NCBI GenBank assembly: GCA_012295275.1
Contig: CM022666.1
Span: 434,001 to 498,000, forward strand
Length of the DNA: 64,000 bases
DNA from: Chrysomallon squamiferum
Taxonomy: Eukaryota > Animalia > Mollusca
Direction: 5' to 3'
Part shown: in pieces, positions 26,308 through 42,123 of the stretch
How positions within the stretch are numbered: the stretch's first letter is position 1
How the letters are laid out: each line of letters opens with the position of its first letter
The notes under the pieces: generated by a model
What the model saw: only the letters and a program-made list of their open reading frames with translations
Database searches by the model: none
What the model was told of the DNA's origin: nothing
Translations under genes and position numbers: made by a program

Positions 26308-26723
26308 ATAATAATAATAATAATAATAATTAATTAATAACAAAAGTTCTAAATTTCTAAATTCCAAATCAGTCACACGCACAAACGTACTGAAACATAA
26401 AAAATACATATGCAAACCGACAGGTACACACACACTCACAGACACAAATATGCACGCACACACAAATACAAACACGCGCATGCACGCACACGCACACACA
26501 GCGTCACATACTCATAACTTCGTCCAGTTACATTCCCAACAACACTATGACCAGAAATACCAGATAAAATTATCTAAAATACATTTTTAAACGACCTCGT
26601 ACAAACCACTCCTGACAGTATAAATTCAGAGAGCATTCTAAGTACTGAAACAAATGACAGGAAAACTCACCTGAAAGCTGCCAGTGAGCAGACGACAGTA
26701 AGCATTGTCCAGAACCGATTCAT
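23720..26723 (-). CDS. Uncharacterised secreted prohormone/neuropeptide-like precursor, 280 aa; coding exons 26723-26671 and 24509-23720
   Basis: Exon A encodes MNRFWTMLTVVCSLAAF and ends AG|GTGAGT (phase 2). Acceptor TGCAG| joins in frame to S-ESSGVGVHLDKEY. The second exon is a 790-nt, GC-richer, non-repetitive open frame with several KR/KK sites, a GKR amidation site (NSALKDMINRLV-GKR) and C-terminus LASSMDSLASGILR. A TATA box lies about 50 nt upstream of the ATG. Confidence 0.85.
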
Positions 26724-26764
26724 TTTTCCGCCAAACTGTCACAAACTCGTCTGGAGCGATTTGG

Positions 26765-26940
26765 CACGTGGTTTTATAGCCTGGCTGTGACGTCACGTCG
26801 TTGATGTTGTTGAATCGGTGGCTGGTGGGAGGTGAACAGAGGGGTGCATTTTTTTTTTTTTTTTTTCACCCAGCGCGAATTACATTAGGAATAATAATCC
26901 AAATCGCGAAGAGCTAATTGAGCTGCGGCTAGCCAATCGG
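26765..26940 (-). promoter_or_regulatory. Promoter of the prohormone-like gene: TATA box, perfect CRE, E-box and CCAAT motif
   Basis: Minus-strand TATAAAA at 26778-26772, TGACGTCA at 26788-26795, CACGTG at 26765-26770 and GCCAATC near 26931. Confidence 0.7.
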
Positions 26941-27194
26941 GATTCATTATCCTGATTAGTTGACGCTATGAAAGGACATTAGTGTAAATCTGTGGCAAGA
27001 AAAATAAGGCTGAAATGTCGAAGTACGCCGAGGTGTAGAGCAATGAAACTGAAATTTTTGAAACTTCACACAATCAGTCAAGATTTCTAGATATGTTGAA
27101 ATTCACGTATTTAGATATCTTAACGTCTGATTTCTAAATGATAAGTCGATATTTCTACGCATTAAGTCCAGATCTGTAAATGTTAATATGTGAC

Positions 27195-27364
27195 ATATAT
27201 AAGTAAAATCGTTAGAGTTCTAGATCACTAGAAACTAAGTCTCTGATGTCTAGATAATAACTAGATATTTCTAAATGTATATATAAGTAAAATCGTTAGA
27301 GTTCTAGATCACTAGAAACTAAGTCTCTGATGTCTAGATAATAACTAGATATCTCTAAATGTAT
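27195..27364. repeat. ~84-bp direct tandem duplication (2 copies)
   Basis: ATATAAGTAAAATCGTTAGAGTTCTAGATCACTAGAAACTAAGTCTCTGATGTCTAGATAATAACTAGAT... occurs twice, nearly identical. Confidence 0.9.
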
Positions 27365-27818
27365 CTCTTGATACCAAATTGGAAACCTCAACATGTTAAG
27401 TCGACATTTCTAAATAACTGGTCTTCATCTTTAGATAATAAATCTAAAGTTCTGTACAATATATCAATGTTTTGAGATAACGAGATTTCTCTCCAAAATA
27501 CTGATATTGATATCAGGTAGTTATTTATTTCGGATAATAACTGTGACGTCATCAAAACGACCTTGATAATGACTCGTGGTTCTAACGATAATTTTAAAGA
27601 TCAGTGCTGATGTGGGGACAAAAAGAGATGTGCAAGTCGGATACCGCGGGATCGATTCAGCTCTGCTCCGCAATAGCAGGATTTCAACTTCTAGACTTTT
27701 TCTCAAATCCTGTGCTATGTAATTAACAGACAAGGCAATGGGAATATAGAGTTTGTTCTGTTAGGTCAGTGAGCTTATGTAGCGTTTCGTAGCTGCTGTA
27801 GTTATAATATTAGTAGTA

Positions 27819-27895
<77 letters not shown>

Positions 27896-28326
27896 TGTAG
27901 TATAAACATAATTTCGGAATGTTATATTATCTTCATGTTTTTACAAATGGTCTTCAAAAACGGACCTCCTGTTTTAAAACGTAGACTTAGAATATCTAAA
28001 TCGAGACTTATTGTCTTGAAATTTCTAATAATTTTCACAAAATCTGCACTTGTTGTTGTGTGATTTTAATTAATCATTCACACAGACAGAACAGTTATTA
28101 ATACACTCCGGCCTGTTCGGTCTTCCATAGTAATAAACTGCAAAACAGATCACATTACATTGTGGGCAGGGAAAACATAATCCCTGTTAATTATAATTTA
28201 TTTCATTCTCGGGGAAATCGAATCTGTAAAAGCTGATTAACTGAAAGATCCACAAAGAAGATGAAAAAACAAAACAAAAACAAAAAAAAAATGAAAAATT
28301 AAAATAATTAAATATGATAAATAAAT

Positions 28327-28393
<67 letters not shown>

Positions 28394-28653
28394 ACTAAAA
28401 CTACAGTGACTGTATTAGCGCTTCTCACGTGTGCTTTATGCAGACGATTCCGTTTACTGCATTCAGACTCATTTCTGTCACCCTGCAGACCCCACCCAAA
28501 AACGTATCTGTCATACTTTGACTTGTTGTTGTAGATGCTAGTATTTGCTTTTCTTTCCGTTATAATTATTATTATTATTATTTTTATTATTATTATTGTT
28601 GTTGTTGTTGTTGTTTTTGTTAGTGTTATTATTATTGTTGTTATTATTACTAT

Positions 28654-28727
<74 letters not shown>

Positions 28728-28976
28728 TATTATTATTATTAATATTAATTTATTATTAACATTACTGTTATTATTATTTTAGTTCTATTATTATTGCTAC
28801 TACTACTACTACTACTTTAAAGAATAATAAAAATATGGCTTCTGTATAATGAATGCAAGTATTTATCTATAACACATTTGTGATTCTTAAAGCATGTCTA
28901 ACAGTGCCAGTCTAAAATAATTCTAAGTGTTTACTGGTTCAGTGAAACCTGTGTGCAGGTTTAATTCAACCCACAG

Positions 28977-29141
<165 letters not shown>

Positions 29142-29438
29142 TGCGAGGTTTTAACTCCTAATTGCTTTTTCATTACGCATGTAATCAGAATAATCGTCTT
29201 ACAACATCAGACTGAGTAGAGAGCGTTCCAGATATCAATGTCAGAAGTTACAAGTTCAATTCCGTTTAGGGGTTTGCTATTGTTGTTGTTGGGTTTTTTG
29301 GGGGTTTTTTTGTTTTTTTTTCGTTTATTGTAGTTTTAGTTTTATTTATTTATTTATTTAATTTTTGTTTGTTTATTTTATTTATTTATTTAGTTTTTGT
29401 TTATTTATTTATTTAATTTTTATTTATTTAATTTGTAT

Positions 29439-29505
<67 letters not shown>

Positions 29506-29669
29506 TTATTATTATTAGTAGTAGTAGTAGTATTTTGTTTTTAGATTAAAATGTTATGAACTGCTATGTGTAATAATTTTTGTTATAACGAATGCTATTT
29601 ATGTCATCTTGTATATTTTCAAATCTTATTTTCAATAGTGAAATTAAATCTGTGTTTCATTGCACCGTG

Positions 29670-29715
<46 letters not shown>

Positions 29716-30004
29716 AATGTGGGCATGTGAGAGGGATTAGTTTAGAATACAAGAAAATAAATAAATAATATTAGAAAACAATGTTTAAACTTTTCTTTAC
29801 TGAAATGTTTATAAAATGACGTAAAAATACTTACAAAGAGAAGGGAATCTCCAGATTAGTATAACATATTTAATACACAGACACACACGCACACACACAT
29901 ACACACATACAGATACATACATATATATACACACATACTTACATACATACATACATACATATATATATATGTATATGTATATGTATATGTATATATATGT
30001 ATAT

Positions 30005-30060
<56 letters not shown>

Positions 30061-30577
30061 TTATATATATATATTAGTGAAACATCAACAGAATTTACTG
30101 TTTATTTATATATATATATTTATATATATATATTAGTGAAACATCAACAGAATTTACTGTTTATTTATATATATATATTTATATATATGTATGTATGTAC
30201 GCATTTTTGTCAGTAATTTCAATCACTTTATAATCCTGTTCTTCTTATTACTGTTATCATCGTACACACTAAGTCTCTTAGAGGAACGTGGAGTCGAATA
30301 ACACCGATTACAGCTGTCGTAATTAACGTAACAGATGAGTTCAGGTGACGTTAACTGACTGACACGGAGTGAACAACTCTCAGTGTCATCAGACTAGTAA
30401 CTCACTGTCACGTGACTCACTACTCACACACATTGTCACAGCTCACTGAGTGACACGAAACGAACGACTCACTGTGTCACACTGTTTTACATAAAAGTGT
30501 CACAAATCCAGAATTTGTTTCACAGTCACTTTTACGTTCTCTGAAGAGGTGAGACAAATAAGAAGAAAACTGTGAAA

Positions 30578-30892
30578 ATGAATACAAGTGAAAAGAGTCT
30601 GTGTAGTATCGGTACGAAACAGAATTTTATTTTAAAATGTTCAGTAGGCGTGGCCAGCAGTCATTGTAACCTGTACTCAGTATTAATCTTTATATTCAGT
30701 TCAAAACTGTAATATAGTTAACAAAGCAAAAATAGTTATATCCAGACAGATATACGTGGGAAATGAATTCTGATGAAATATCAACAAAATGTATTTGCCT
30801 GTTTCTCTGTTTCTCTCTTTCTTTCATTTATTTTTTGTCTTCTTTTGTAAATAATTTCAATCACTTTACTGTTGTTATCATCATCATCATCA

Positions 30893-30963
<71 letters not shown>

Positions 30964-31332
30964 TCTACAGAGGAATCTCACGGAGCTCCTGCATTAAACA
31001 AAGATGTATCCACGGCGGCGCGTGGTTATGAAAATGACGTCACTGATGACGAGTTTATGATGGTAGATGACGCAAGCTCTTTGTGTCACACGCTAGAGTA
31101 CATCATGTGTGTCCCGGAAATGTGTGACGTGGTGTTTTTTGTGGGGAAGAAAATGGAGCCTGTGTACGGGCTGAAGGCTGTTCTGTCTGCAAGAAGCAGG
31201 TTTGTTTCATCTAGCTAAATCTTTCCAAATGTATGCATTGATGTTTGTATGTGTATGATAGCGATAGATTTAGACAGATATTGATAGAAGACAGATAGAG
31301 AGATAGGCTGATAGACTGATAGATAGATTGAC

Positions 31333-31371
<39 letters not shown>

Positions 31372-31412
31372 GAGACAGACTGATAGACTGATAGATTAAC
31401 AGATATATTAGC

Positions 31413-31444
<32 letters not shown>

Positions 31445-33544
31445 TGTATGTATGTATGAATGAATGTATGTGTGTCTGTATCTATTCATTTCACAACTGT
31501 CAGATATCTGACTGGTCTATATATATATATATCTGTAATATCTATATGAGTATATATATGTATGTATTATTGATATGCTTCGACATAATGGTCTTGAGTT
31601 TATCCGCTAAAGCGCAATAGAGGATTGACATTAAAACCTACCGCGTCTTGCAACAACCACACAAAACCGTAACAGCTTTAGTTTTCTTGATAAGAGAAAT
31701 CTCGATATAAATAATTTGAGATATTAATTATTTTTTATAATTAAGTTTAAAGAAAACTGTAAATCTTTATTTTTATTTTTATTTTTTTTTCTTCCAGTGT
31801 TTTATACAAAACGTTGCAGTTCTTCCAAGAAAAATCTTCTCGAAAAGCGCAAAGTGCGAATCGATCAGGAAAGATGTTGCGATTCTTTCCTTTCCGGAAC
31901 AAACAGCGGAATTTCCCGAAACCAAAGCCAGGACACCAGAGTGCGCCGGAGAAAATAGTAGTTCCGGTTTCCAGTTACAGCATTAGTGTGTTCAGAAAGT
32001 TTAACGCATTCCTCCATCTCGGTCACGTGACACTTACGGACGATACAGTAATTGGTAAGTTGATGTATGTATGTATATGTATGTATATGTATGTATATGT
32101 ATGAATATGTATGTATATGTATGTATGTATGTATTACGTATGTATACGTTTGTACGTATGGTAATAGTAACAGTTTACTTGGTGAAATGTTCACTGGACG
32201 GAATCAGGAATTACTGGAGAGATCAACTTACTGCAGCTTTTCTTCTCACTAATTATCTAACATACTAACTGTCCTGGGTAAAGTGAATGTTCAGAAACAC
32301 GACAGACGTGCTTACATATTCTTCGGTTAATTTACAGTTTGAAAGTAATAAAACAATAAACTAGTTCTAGGCTTAAAGCAATCATAATACGTCATTTTCT
32401 CCTGAATTAATTTTACTGCACATTAGGTACGTTAGATAAATAGGCTGAGAAAATGACTGAAAGAGAGACAAAGACATGCTGTTGAAATGATTTTATTTAA
32501 TAAAACATAGATTCTTCATCATCACCATCATCTTATTACTATTGTTGTTGTTGTTGTGACTACTACTACAAAAAGGAAATTGGTTGTCGTCGTTGTTGAT
32601 GTTGTTTGGTTTATGTTTATAACTTCGTTTTACCTACGACAGGCCTGCTGTGTGCTGCGTCTGACTTCGCGGTTGACGATCTGGCTGACGCCTGCTGGAA
32701 GTTTCTACAAAAATCTTCTTCAGCTGGAGACGTGTCGTCGATAATAAGACCTGCACGACGATACAGATTTCACCCTTACTACTCCACGATTCAGGCCAAG
32801 GTAAAACAGATTTAAACATTTTACTGCTTGTAAAATACTGACTGTTTAACGTAAAAAAGTAATGTGTCTGTAAACAGACCAATCAGTTAGATTTAAGTTG
32901 TTCTCAAGTACGGATCATTTAACGAAGTATTCATCTAACTGTTGGTGATCGTAGTTATTTCCCTTCAATCGTAACTTATTAAATAAACGGGCTTCCCATC
33001 ATCAGACGATGTAACATTTTGCTGGCTAAACTTTTTTAACTTCTGGAATTTTTTTCTAATAAAAAAAGCATATGTGAGATTTAGAAATATGGGGGCATTG
33101 TTATTAAGACATTATAACAGTTTTAGGGTAAAGAAAACATATAGGTAACTGGACACACACACACACACACATACAGAGAGACACATACATATACAAATAT
33201 ATATATATATATATATATAAACTCGTGTACAAAGATAAATATAAAAACAAGTCTGGTTCCGTTTCTGATTATTTTTAATTATATAATCCTTGTAATTATG
33301 TTCTCTCATTACTCGTATTTATTTTTCCATACCGAGCTGCGGACAGCCATTTTAAAACTAATTTTATTCTGTTTAGTTATTAAATAATTATTTACATTCG
33401 TCTAGATTTACAATTACATCATAATTAAAAACATATCTCTTACAAAATGCAAAGACGTCCATTTTGAAACTAATGAAGTACATTTTATTCCAGATGCAGA
33501 CAACGTCACTTTCCAGACGACAGTCTCAGTTGGACAGCCGATGA
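30578..33544 (+). CDS. Short BTB/POZ-domain protein, serine-enriched protein (Gprs)-like, ~242 aa; exons 30578-30611, 30971-31199, 31798-32054, 32643-32800, 33494-33544
   Basis: All introns are GT-AG with consistent phases 1, 2, 1, 0. Motifs PEMCDVVFFVGKKMEPVYGLKAVLSARS, VFRKFNAFLHLGHVTL and GLLCAASDFAVDDLADACWKFL match the Gprs-type BTB pattern (PELCDVTFLVG..REPVCAVKAVLAARS; FRQLIEYIHTGCVTL). The first and last exons are less certain than the middle three. Confidence 0.85.
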
Positions 33545-34394
33545 TGACGTAACAGAAAATCTAGCTGGATTTATCTCTCTTGTTCATTTAAACCGACGTC
33601 TGCTTACATAAAGAAAAAAGAAAAAAAGAAAAACAGAAAAAAATGAAAAAGAAGATTGTTGGTGTCGCTTTGTTCAGTGTGGTTAGTCACAGATGTTATG
33701 GGGAACTCATCAAAGCCAGCGAGTGTAATTACTATCAGTCACCTAACACATTTCCAACATAATTCGTGTACGAGGGTCACATTTCATAGTGTTATATAAA
33801 CGCAAGGTAAAATAAATGTAGATCATTTATGATTACAAAACTTGATCTTGCTGTTTGTTCTTATTTCTTCCTTTTTTTTTTTTGTCTATAATTTTTATTT
33901 TAACTACACACAATTACTACTACTATTACAATTATTACTTGTACTAGTACTATGCCAGTACTGCTACTACTATTACTACTACTATTACTACTATTACTAT
34001 TATTACTACTACTATAACAGTACTACTACTCAACTACAATTAGAACTACTGCTACCACTAGTACTACTACTACTACTTTTACTATTAGTACAACTATTAC
34101 AGTTATTAGTACCTTTTACTGTTATTACTACTACTCTACTAGTAGTAATAATAAGAAGAAGTACGAAAAAACCCTGAACTACACATTTTCGGGTTAGAGT
34201 CGAGTTTTCTGTGTTCCTTATACTCACAACCCTGTGGATACGCCCTAACTGTAGCAGACTGATTTATTTACATACAGCTTTCAGTCGTATCATAAGCTAC
34301 TGAATAAAAATAGCATCATGTGATGTCAATAATTTTCAAGTGTTACTTTTACTGCTACTACTATTACACTAATATTAGGCATCAGAACTGCTTC

Positions 34395-34452
<58 letters not shown>

Positions 34453-34645
34453 GATGTTTAAACGCAAACGAGCTATGAATATAAAAAGCCTAACTTTTTG
34501 TTGGATACTGCAGGATATTTCGTGAAGCAATCTAGGAGAGATAACTCTTCCAGTCAAAGCTATCAATAGTTATTTCCCCTGAATAATAAAGACGGTTCAA
34601 ATACGAAAGAATAGAACAAACGTATGTTAGTCCAGTCGCGCGCGC

Positions 34646-34725
<80 letters not shown>

Positions 34726-34752
34726 ATTTATTTATTCATAAGTTTGGAAAAT

Positions 34753-34830
<78 letters not shown>

Positions 34831-35003
34831 GTTTTCGTGTGTGTGGTTCTCTCTATTTTTTTTATGTATTTCATTAGTAAGTTGTTTAGCTATTTATTTA
34901 TCTGGATTTTTGTTTAATTTATTTATAAAACAATTTTAAATATAAGCTCATATTTTATCCATTTGTTTTCCTTTATACATATTTTCTACAGGTATGTTGA
35001 TAA

Positions 35004-35056
<53 letters not shown>

Positions 35057-35322
35057 CACCAGGTAGACTTGCAGCAATAACCAACAGTAACAAATTTAAT
35101 TAAAGTAAAATATAATAATTAAGATTAAATAAATGAATAAATAAACAAACAAACAAATAAGCCAAAAAAAAAATATATATATATATTCAATAATAAAAAA
35201 ATAAATAAATTATTTTAAAAATTAAAAAAACAAATAAACAAATATTTAGTTTAATCGATTTTAATCAAGCGAATGGGAAAAAAAAAAAAAAAAACCACAT
35301 AAATTTGTAAGTATACAATATC

Positions 35323-35452
35323 TATAAAGACTGTACCACGTGACAACAAATCATCAAATAACACGCAAAGACATTTTCTGTCTCCATTTCACTACTCGTG
35401 ATCAGTTTTGCTAAATTTAAGCGTTTGTCAGAGCACTTGCAAGTCTTTACAG
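35323..35452 (+). promoter_or_regulatory. Candidate distal TATA promoter and non-coding exon of the GDPD gene
   Basis: TATAAAG at about 35323 and donor CAG|GTAGGT after 35452. It could splice to acceptor TTGCAG| at 37811. Confidence 0.4.
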
Positions 35453-35730
35453 GTAGGTTTTCTCTTCTTTTTTCCATATCACATGTAGTTCATTATCTAC
35501 AAATGTAGAGGGTTCGTGGTACAGAAAGTACTACAATAGTAATATTTGACATTGCTTGTGTTTAAATCTGAGATCGTGAAAGAGTGAACTGGTAAAGTGT
35601 CACCTGCACAGGGCGAGTACGACTCACTGCATGAACACCTACACCACGTCATCAACGTGATTTTCTGTACTCCCTTTATAGAGCTCTGTTTGTAACGGGA
35701 AACTATTTTAGAGCAGATAAGTACTCTCTC

Positions 35731-35773
<43 letters not shown>

Positions 35774-35774
35774 G

Positions 35775-35805
<31 letters not shown>

Positions 35806-35816
35806 GTCCCTCTCTC

Positions 35817-35962
<146 letters not shown>

Positions 35963-36765
35963 ACACGCACACACACACGAACAGAAGCCATTTTATCAAA
36001 CAGTAATATAAAACTACGTTAATTTAGTCAGAGTTTTAGAAAAAACGAAATAACTACAAACATGATATGTAATTTTAATTGTTTTTGCGACCACTAATGT
36101 GTTATTTATTCATTCACTTATTTACTGAATATTAGTACATAATAAAGAACCACAGACAGGCTGAAACAGGAAAAAAAACAAAACACAACAAATACAAAAC
36201 AAGCAAAAACCAGTAAAAACAAAAAAGACATAAAAGATCTTTTTTTTTCTTTGTTCACCTCAAGTAAAATACAATTCTTCTCCAAGCAAGCAGGTTTTAG
36301 CGTGAATCAGCGACTTTATACTGAAATAAATAAAATAAAAATAAAAATAATTTCTTGCTCTGACGTATTTCAAGTAATAAAAACGGTCTGATCTAATTTC
36401 ATGTAAAACAGCCTGTTTTCCGCTAATGTTAAACACATGATGCTGTTTTTAGAGGTAATTTGTTACCTTCTTGGTATGTGTCACGATGTAGGACAAATAA
36501 AAAGATTTAGGCTGGAACTANGTATGCATGCTTCTGTCGTGAATGTGAATACATATTGTCTATGTGCAGAGTCTATTCAGACGTAGTACATAAGACAGAG
36601 AATATTCATAATGCTAAATTACATAAGAATGTATGTAAATATGAATGTGTTTATATTTATGTATTTGCATATGTGTATATATATATATACAAACATTCAT
36701 TTGTATGTAGCTACATACCAATATACAAATATAAATATATGTATATGTGTGTACTTGTATGTATG

Positions 36766-36873
<108 letters not shown>

Positions 36874-37840
36874 AATGTAATTATGCATATCTTGTAAATA
36901 TATATGTCACCTAACAATTGGAATTTTATCAAAATAAACAAATGCATTCGCTGTATAAGACATAGCAATATAAACAGTCGTAACAAAATACAAATATTTA
37001 AAGAAAAAAAAAACATAATCCACCAGCATACATACACATTAACTACCTGTGACATACACACACAGACATTCATGTACTCACTCACACACACACACACACA
37101 GACACGCACGTGCTGCACCACGTACAGATCACACTACTCTCTGGTGCGTGTGTTACAGAGCACACACAGAGAGAAACACTGCGCGAACTTTGCCCTCTGC
37201 CCGGTCACGAAGATAACGCGAGTTTAATAAACGATATTGGTGGACCACTCCCCGCGTTCCTTTACCTACCGTCTGCTCATCACCGCGCGCTCGTCTCCAC
37301 ACCGTGTCAAACTGGCGTGTATCACACACACTCAGTACCAGTCTTCAGATGTGTGGTACACGTTAATTACCCGTCGTCAACGTGGTGCATGCACACACCG
37401 TGGAACAGTCGTCAACCTGCTGTCTATTGAATACGTCGTGTGCATGTCTGTGAATTGTATAAATCTTTGATACGTCATCGACGTATTGTATGCACTGGGT
37501 AACTATATCAACGTATTATATACATTCAGTACATATCAGCGCGTATTATCTACATCAATGTATGCAATACATTGAACAACTACATCAATGTATTGCACAT
37601 AATGAATACACTGTGGCAACGTGATATATACATTGAGGATTTATCATCAGCATGTGGTGCACATTGAGTAATTAGCGTCAACGTATTTTATACAAGATAT
37701 TACGCAATGTAAGATACAACGGATTATCTGTGTTTTGGATCTAACACCAACGATTCTGATCTAATCCTGTGTCAGCCCTAAATGAACAGGAATTCGTGAT
37801 CTCTCTTGCAGAGTGCGAGATAAACATCTACCCGACAAAA

Positions 37841-37906
37841 ATGACTGACCAAGACGAATACCTCGACATTGAACAGTCGGGAAAGGAGAAAGACAAATCG
37901 AAAAAG
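37841..37906 (+). CDS. Candidate alternative first coding exon A of the GDPD gene (MTDQDEYLDIEQSGKEKDKSKK)
   Basis: Acceptor at 37811, AAAATG start context and phase-0 donor AAG|GTACGT, compatible with the phase-0 acceptor at 49480. Confidence 0.55.
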
Positions 37907-38003
37907 GTACGTTTAAGTTTTAATTTTTATTAAAATTATTTATTCAGTGTGGAGTGACAGCATTTACTTTCTTTCTCTGTATTCATCATATCTTTTATTT
38001 GTT

Positions 38004-38150
<147 letters not shown>

Positions 38151-38238
38151 CATATATGTAGCCTCTTTATTTTAGTTTCTATTTTTCTTTTTCGCTCTCT
38201 TTTTATCTGTCTATCTTTCTGTGTATTTATCCATCAAT

Positions 38239-38326
<88 letters not shown>

Positions 38327-38622
38327 ATGTATCTGTCTCTCTTTAACAAAGCAGCTATTTTTATATTTTCCCTTCCGCATTTCCCTCCGTGCACACAGGC
38401 ACGCGTACATTTTGTGAAATATAAATAACAACAAATAATTGTCTGACAATAGCAGTGGCTACAAAAAACCGGGAAACCGCTTCTAAAGAGAGGATATGGC
38501 ACTCAGTGACAAACAAGGTCGCAAAAAGAATCACATAATTGGCCTTTGCTGACAGTACACTTTTTTTTTGTAAACAGTTGTTTGTGTTTATATTAACGTT
38601 TAATAGTGCTGTTTCACTGAGC

Positions 38623-38737
<115 letters not shown>

Positions 38738-39711
38738 GATTTGGAATTAATACAATAAATGTCACATTCATATATTATATAGATATGTACATATATACAC
38801 ACATGCACGCAGATACGCATATATAAGCACATACACACACATATATATACATACATACATAAATACATATACATATATACATACATAAATACATATACAT
38901 ACATACATACATAAATACATATACATACATACATACATATACATACATATACATACATGCTTACATACACGCACACACACATACACATAAATACAAACAC
39001 AAACACACGTTTATTACAAGTCTGAACACAGCTAGTTGACACAACTGTATTTTTATTTGCTGTGAATGTGTCGTCAACTGTTTTAATAGGCTCTGGATCT
39101 GCACACTGGTAACGTAATACACTGCACTCGCATAGTCATCTGTATACAACTTTATTTACAATAAAAACATTTTTATTGACACAGCTATTTTATTTACAGT
39201 TTCACACGTTTTGATATCACAGCTGCTCTTTCTAAAATATATTTAAATATTTTGTAAACATTAAATATCAAATCTAATTATCATTCGACAAGCATTTCCA
39301 AAACAAAATAAAACAACAACAAAGATAACTAGAGCGTCAGCAACAACAACAATAATAATAATCACGATGACGATAGTTATTATTGTTCTTGTTATTGTTA
39401 TATTATTATTATTGTTGTTGTTATTGTTGTTGTCTTAAAAGAGCACACTGTTAGAGAGTGAAAAAAAAACAACTAATGTATTTCTTTAAGCTGAAAGTAT
39501 TTTCGTCCAGTAACATGATGTAATTATAGCTATCAAGTCCGCGATGAGAAAAGAAGATGAAGAAAAAAAAACCCAGCAACATGTCTTCTAACAGTCGATC
39601 GATTGTTTCAGACGTGCTTATATCGATTGAAGGTTCAAGCACGCTTGGCGAGAGCACAAAATCCTTTAATCTTAGTCTAAGCTGACTACGCAAAACAAGG
39701 CAGTGCATAAT

Positions 39712-39946
<235 letters not shown>

Positions 39947-39992
39947 GAGAGAGATACACAGAGAGAGAGAGAGAGAGGGGAGAGAGAGAGAG

Positions 39993-40079
<87 letters not shown>

Positions 40080-40430
40080 ACTTCCACGTGTATTTTGCGC
40101 TCTACGAGAAACGTGCAGCTTGTATGTTAAAGTGAAGAAATCAGCTGACTGTGGTTAGCGTGATAAATAAAGACTTGTAGGTCACTGTGTCACACGAGCA
40201 GACCGCTCTGCGCACACATGACGTGTAGGCGGGCAAATCGCAGTTGTTTTATTAACGAGAAATGTTCTAATGAGGCTTTTAACGAAAGACTTCGAGTGAC
40301 TGTGGAGATGAGTTTTTCTGGGAGTGTCTACACGGTTCTTGTCACAACAGACAGCTATGTCGTATGCACAGACAGTGAGGACGTGAGTCGTGTTTGTCAT
40401 GGTCAGTTGTGTGACGCTTAGTGAGTCATT

Positions 40431-40478
40431 ATGAGTCAAAGCAGAACAGTGGACTTTTCTAAGAAAACTTCGCGGCAG
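40431..40478 (+). CDS. Candidate alternative first coding exon B of the GDPD gene (MSQSRTVDFSKKTSRQ)
   Basis: ATG to phase-0 donor CAG|GTAAAT, preceded by a non-repetitive segment containing the AP-1 site TGAGTCA at 40422. Confidence 0.45.
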
Positions 40479-40542
40479 GTAAATAACTACGTGTGTTATT
40501 TGTATGTAATTTTATATACTGAACTAGTCTTACGTCAAACTA

Positions 40543-40662
<120 letters not shown>

Positions 40663-40742
40663 CCCTCTGGCTCTCTCTCTCTCATCCCCTCTCTCTCTCT
40701 CTCTCTGTCTGGCTCTTTCTCTCATCCCCTCTCTCTCTCTCT

Positions 40743-40836
<94 letters not shown>

Positions 40837-42068
40837 TATTGTATTCTATTTCTGTATAATTTTATGCATATACCGGCATGTATACACTTTTGTCAAACAA
40901 AAATAGGACAGTTTCTTTCAATACCGTTGTTAACAGCTGCTCCCACTACAAACATCGATATGTCTGCAGTTGCTGTGGTTGCAACCGTCGTTGCCGTTAT
41001 TAAATTATCGAGATTCATTTTCGAGTACTCAGAATTCCGCCCAGTGGCAACAGTAGTTCAGCTTGTCGTAGTGGTAGTTGTCGTAGTGGTGATAATAGTA
41101 GTAGCAAAAGTAGCGATAGCAACAGTAATAGTAGTAGTAGTAGCAGAGGTAGAAGTAGCAGCAGTAGTAGTAGTAGTAACAGTGGTAGACGTAGTAGTAA
41201 TAATGAAAGAAGTTGTAGTTGTAGTAGCCCTAGCAGTAGTAGTAGTAGTAACAGTAGTAGACGTAGTAGTAATAATGAAAGAAGTTGTAGTTGTAGTAAC
41301 CCTAGCAGTAGTAATAGTGGTGGTGGTTGTAGTAGCAGTAGTAATAGTGGTGGTGGTTGTAGTTGCAGTAGTAATACTGGTGGTTGTAGTAGTAGTAGTG
41401 GTAATAAAAGCAGCAGCTGTGTTAGAGATAACGTTTGTCTTTTGATCTGCTCTGCTGCTTGTATTAACAAGTGATGTTTCTGTTCCCTTGTTTCTTTGTT
41501 TTCCAACGTTTTAACAACCGCGGCGACAAAGACGGCGATAATGTGGCGTTGTTTAGTTATCGGAGACGTTGAAAGGTGCACGTTGCTAACCCTCCCGTCA
41601 GCGACGTTGTCAGATGAAAAAGTGTGTGTTAACTAAATTACTCGTGTTGCATCCACTCATCACAGTCACTCGCAGTCAGCGTCAGAACACAACGCGAGGC
41701 CGCGTACAAAGCGTTCAGTGATCCGCACAAACAGTTCCAAAGCGTTCCGCACAAACAGTTCCAAAACAGTGCACAAACAGTTCAAAAACAGTGCACAAAC
41801 AGTTCAAAAACAGTGCACAAACAGATCAAAAACAGCTCTTTATGACTCCGTGTTTTGTGTTATTTGTTTCAATAGTTTTGTTATTGTTTTGTTTTTTGTT
41901 TTTTTTTATTTATCTTTATTTTTTTTTTTTTTTTTGTTGTTGTTTGTTTGCTTATTATTTCGGATGTTTTACACATACATATATACATAGCTAGCCAAAC
42001 ATGCTCCATTACTGCATTAACATTAGTCAACATTTTTCAATTATTAATTTTCTTTTCTTTTTCACCTC

Positions 42069-42123
<55 letters not shown>

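Noticed and set aside
40864-41581. Val-rich and Leu-rich ORFs resembling membrane proteins
   Set aside because: A degenerate (GTA)n microsatellite with a 60-bp internal duplication.
41541-41621. A fourth GDPD first exon (MWRCLVIGDVERC...)
   Set aside because: Phase 0 is possible, but the donor (AAA|GTGTGT) is weak and no promoter signal was found.
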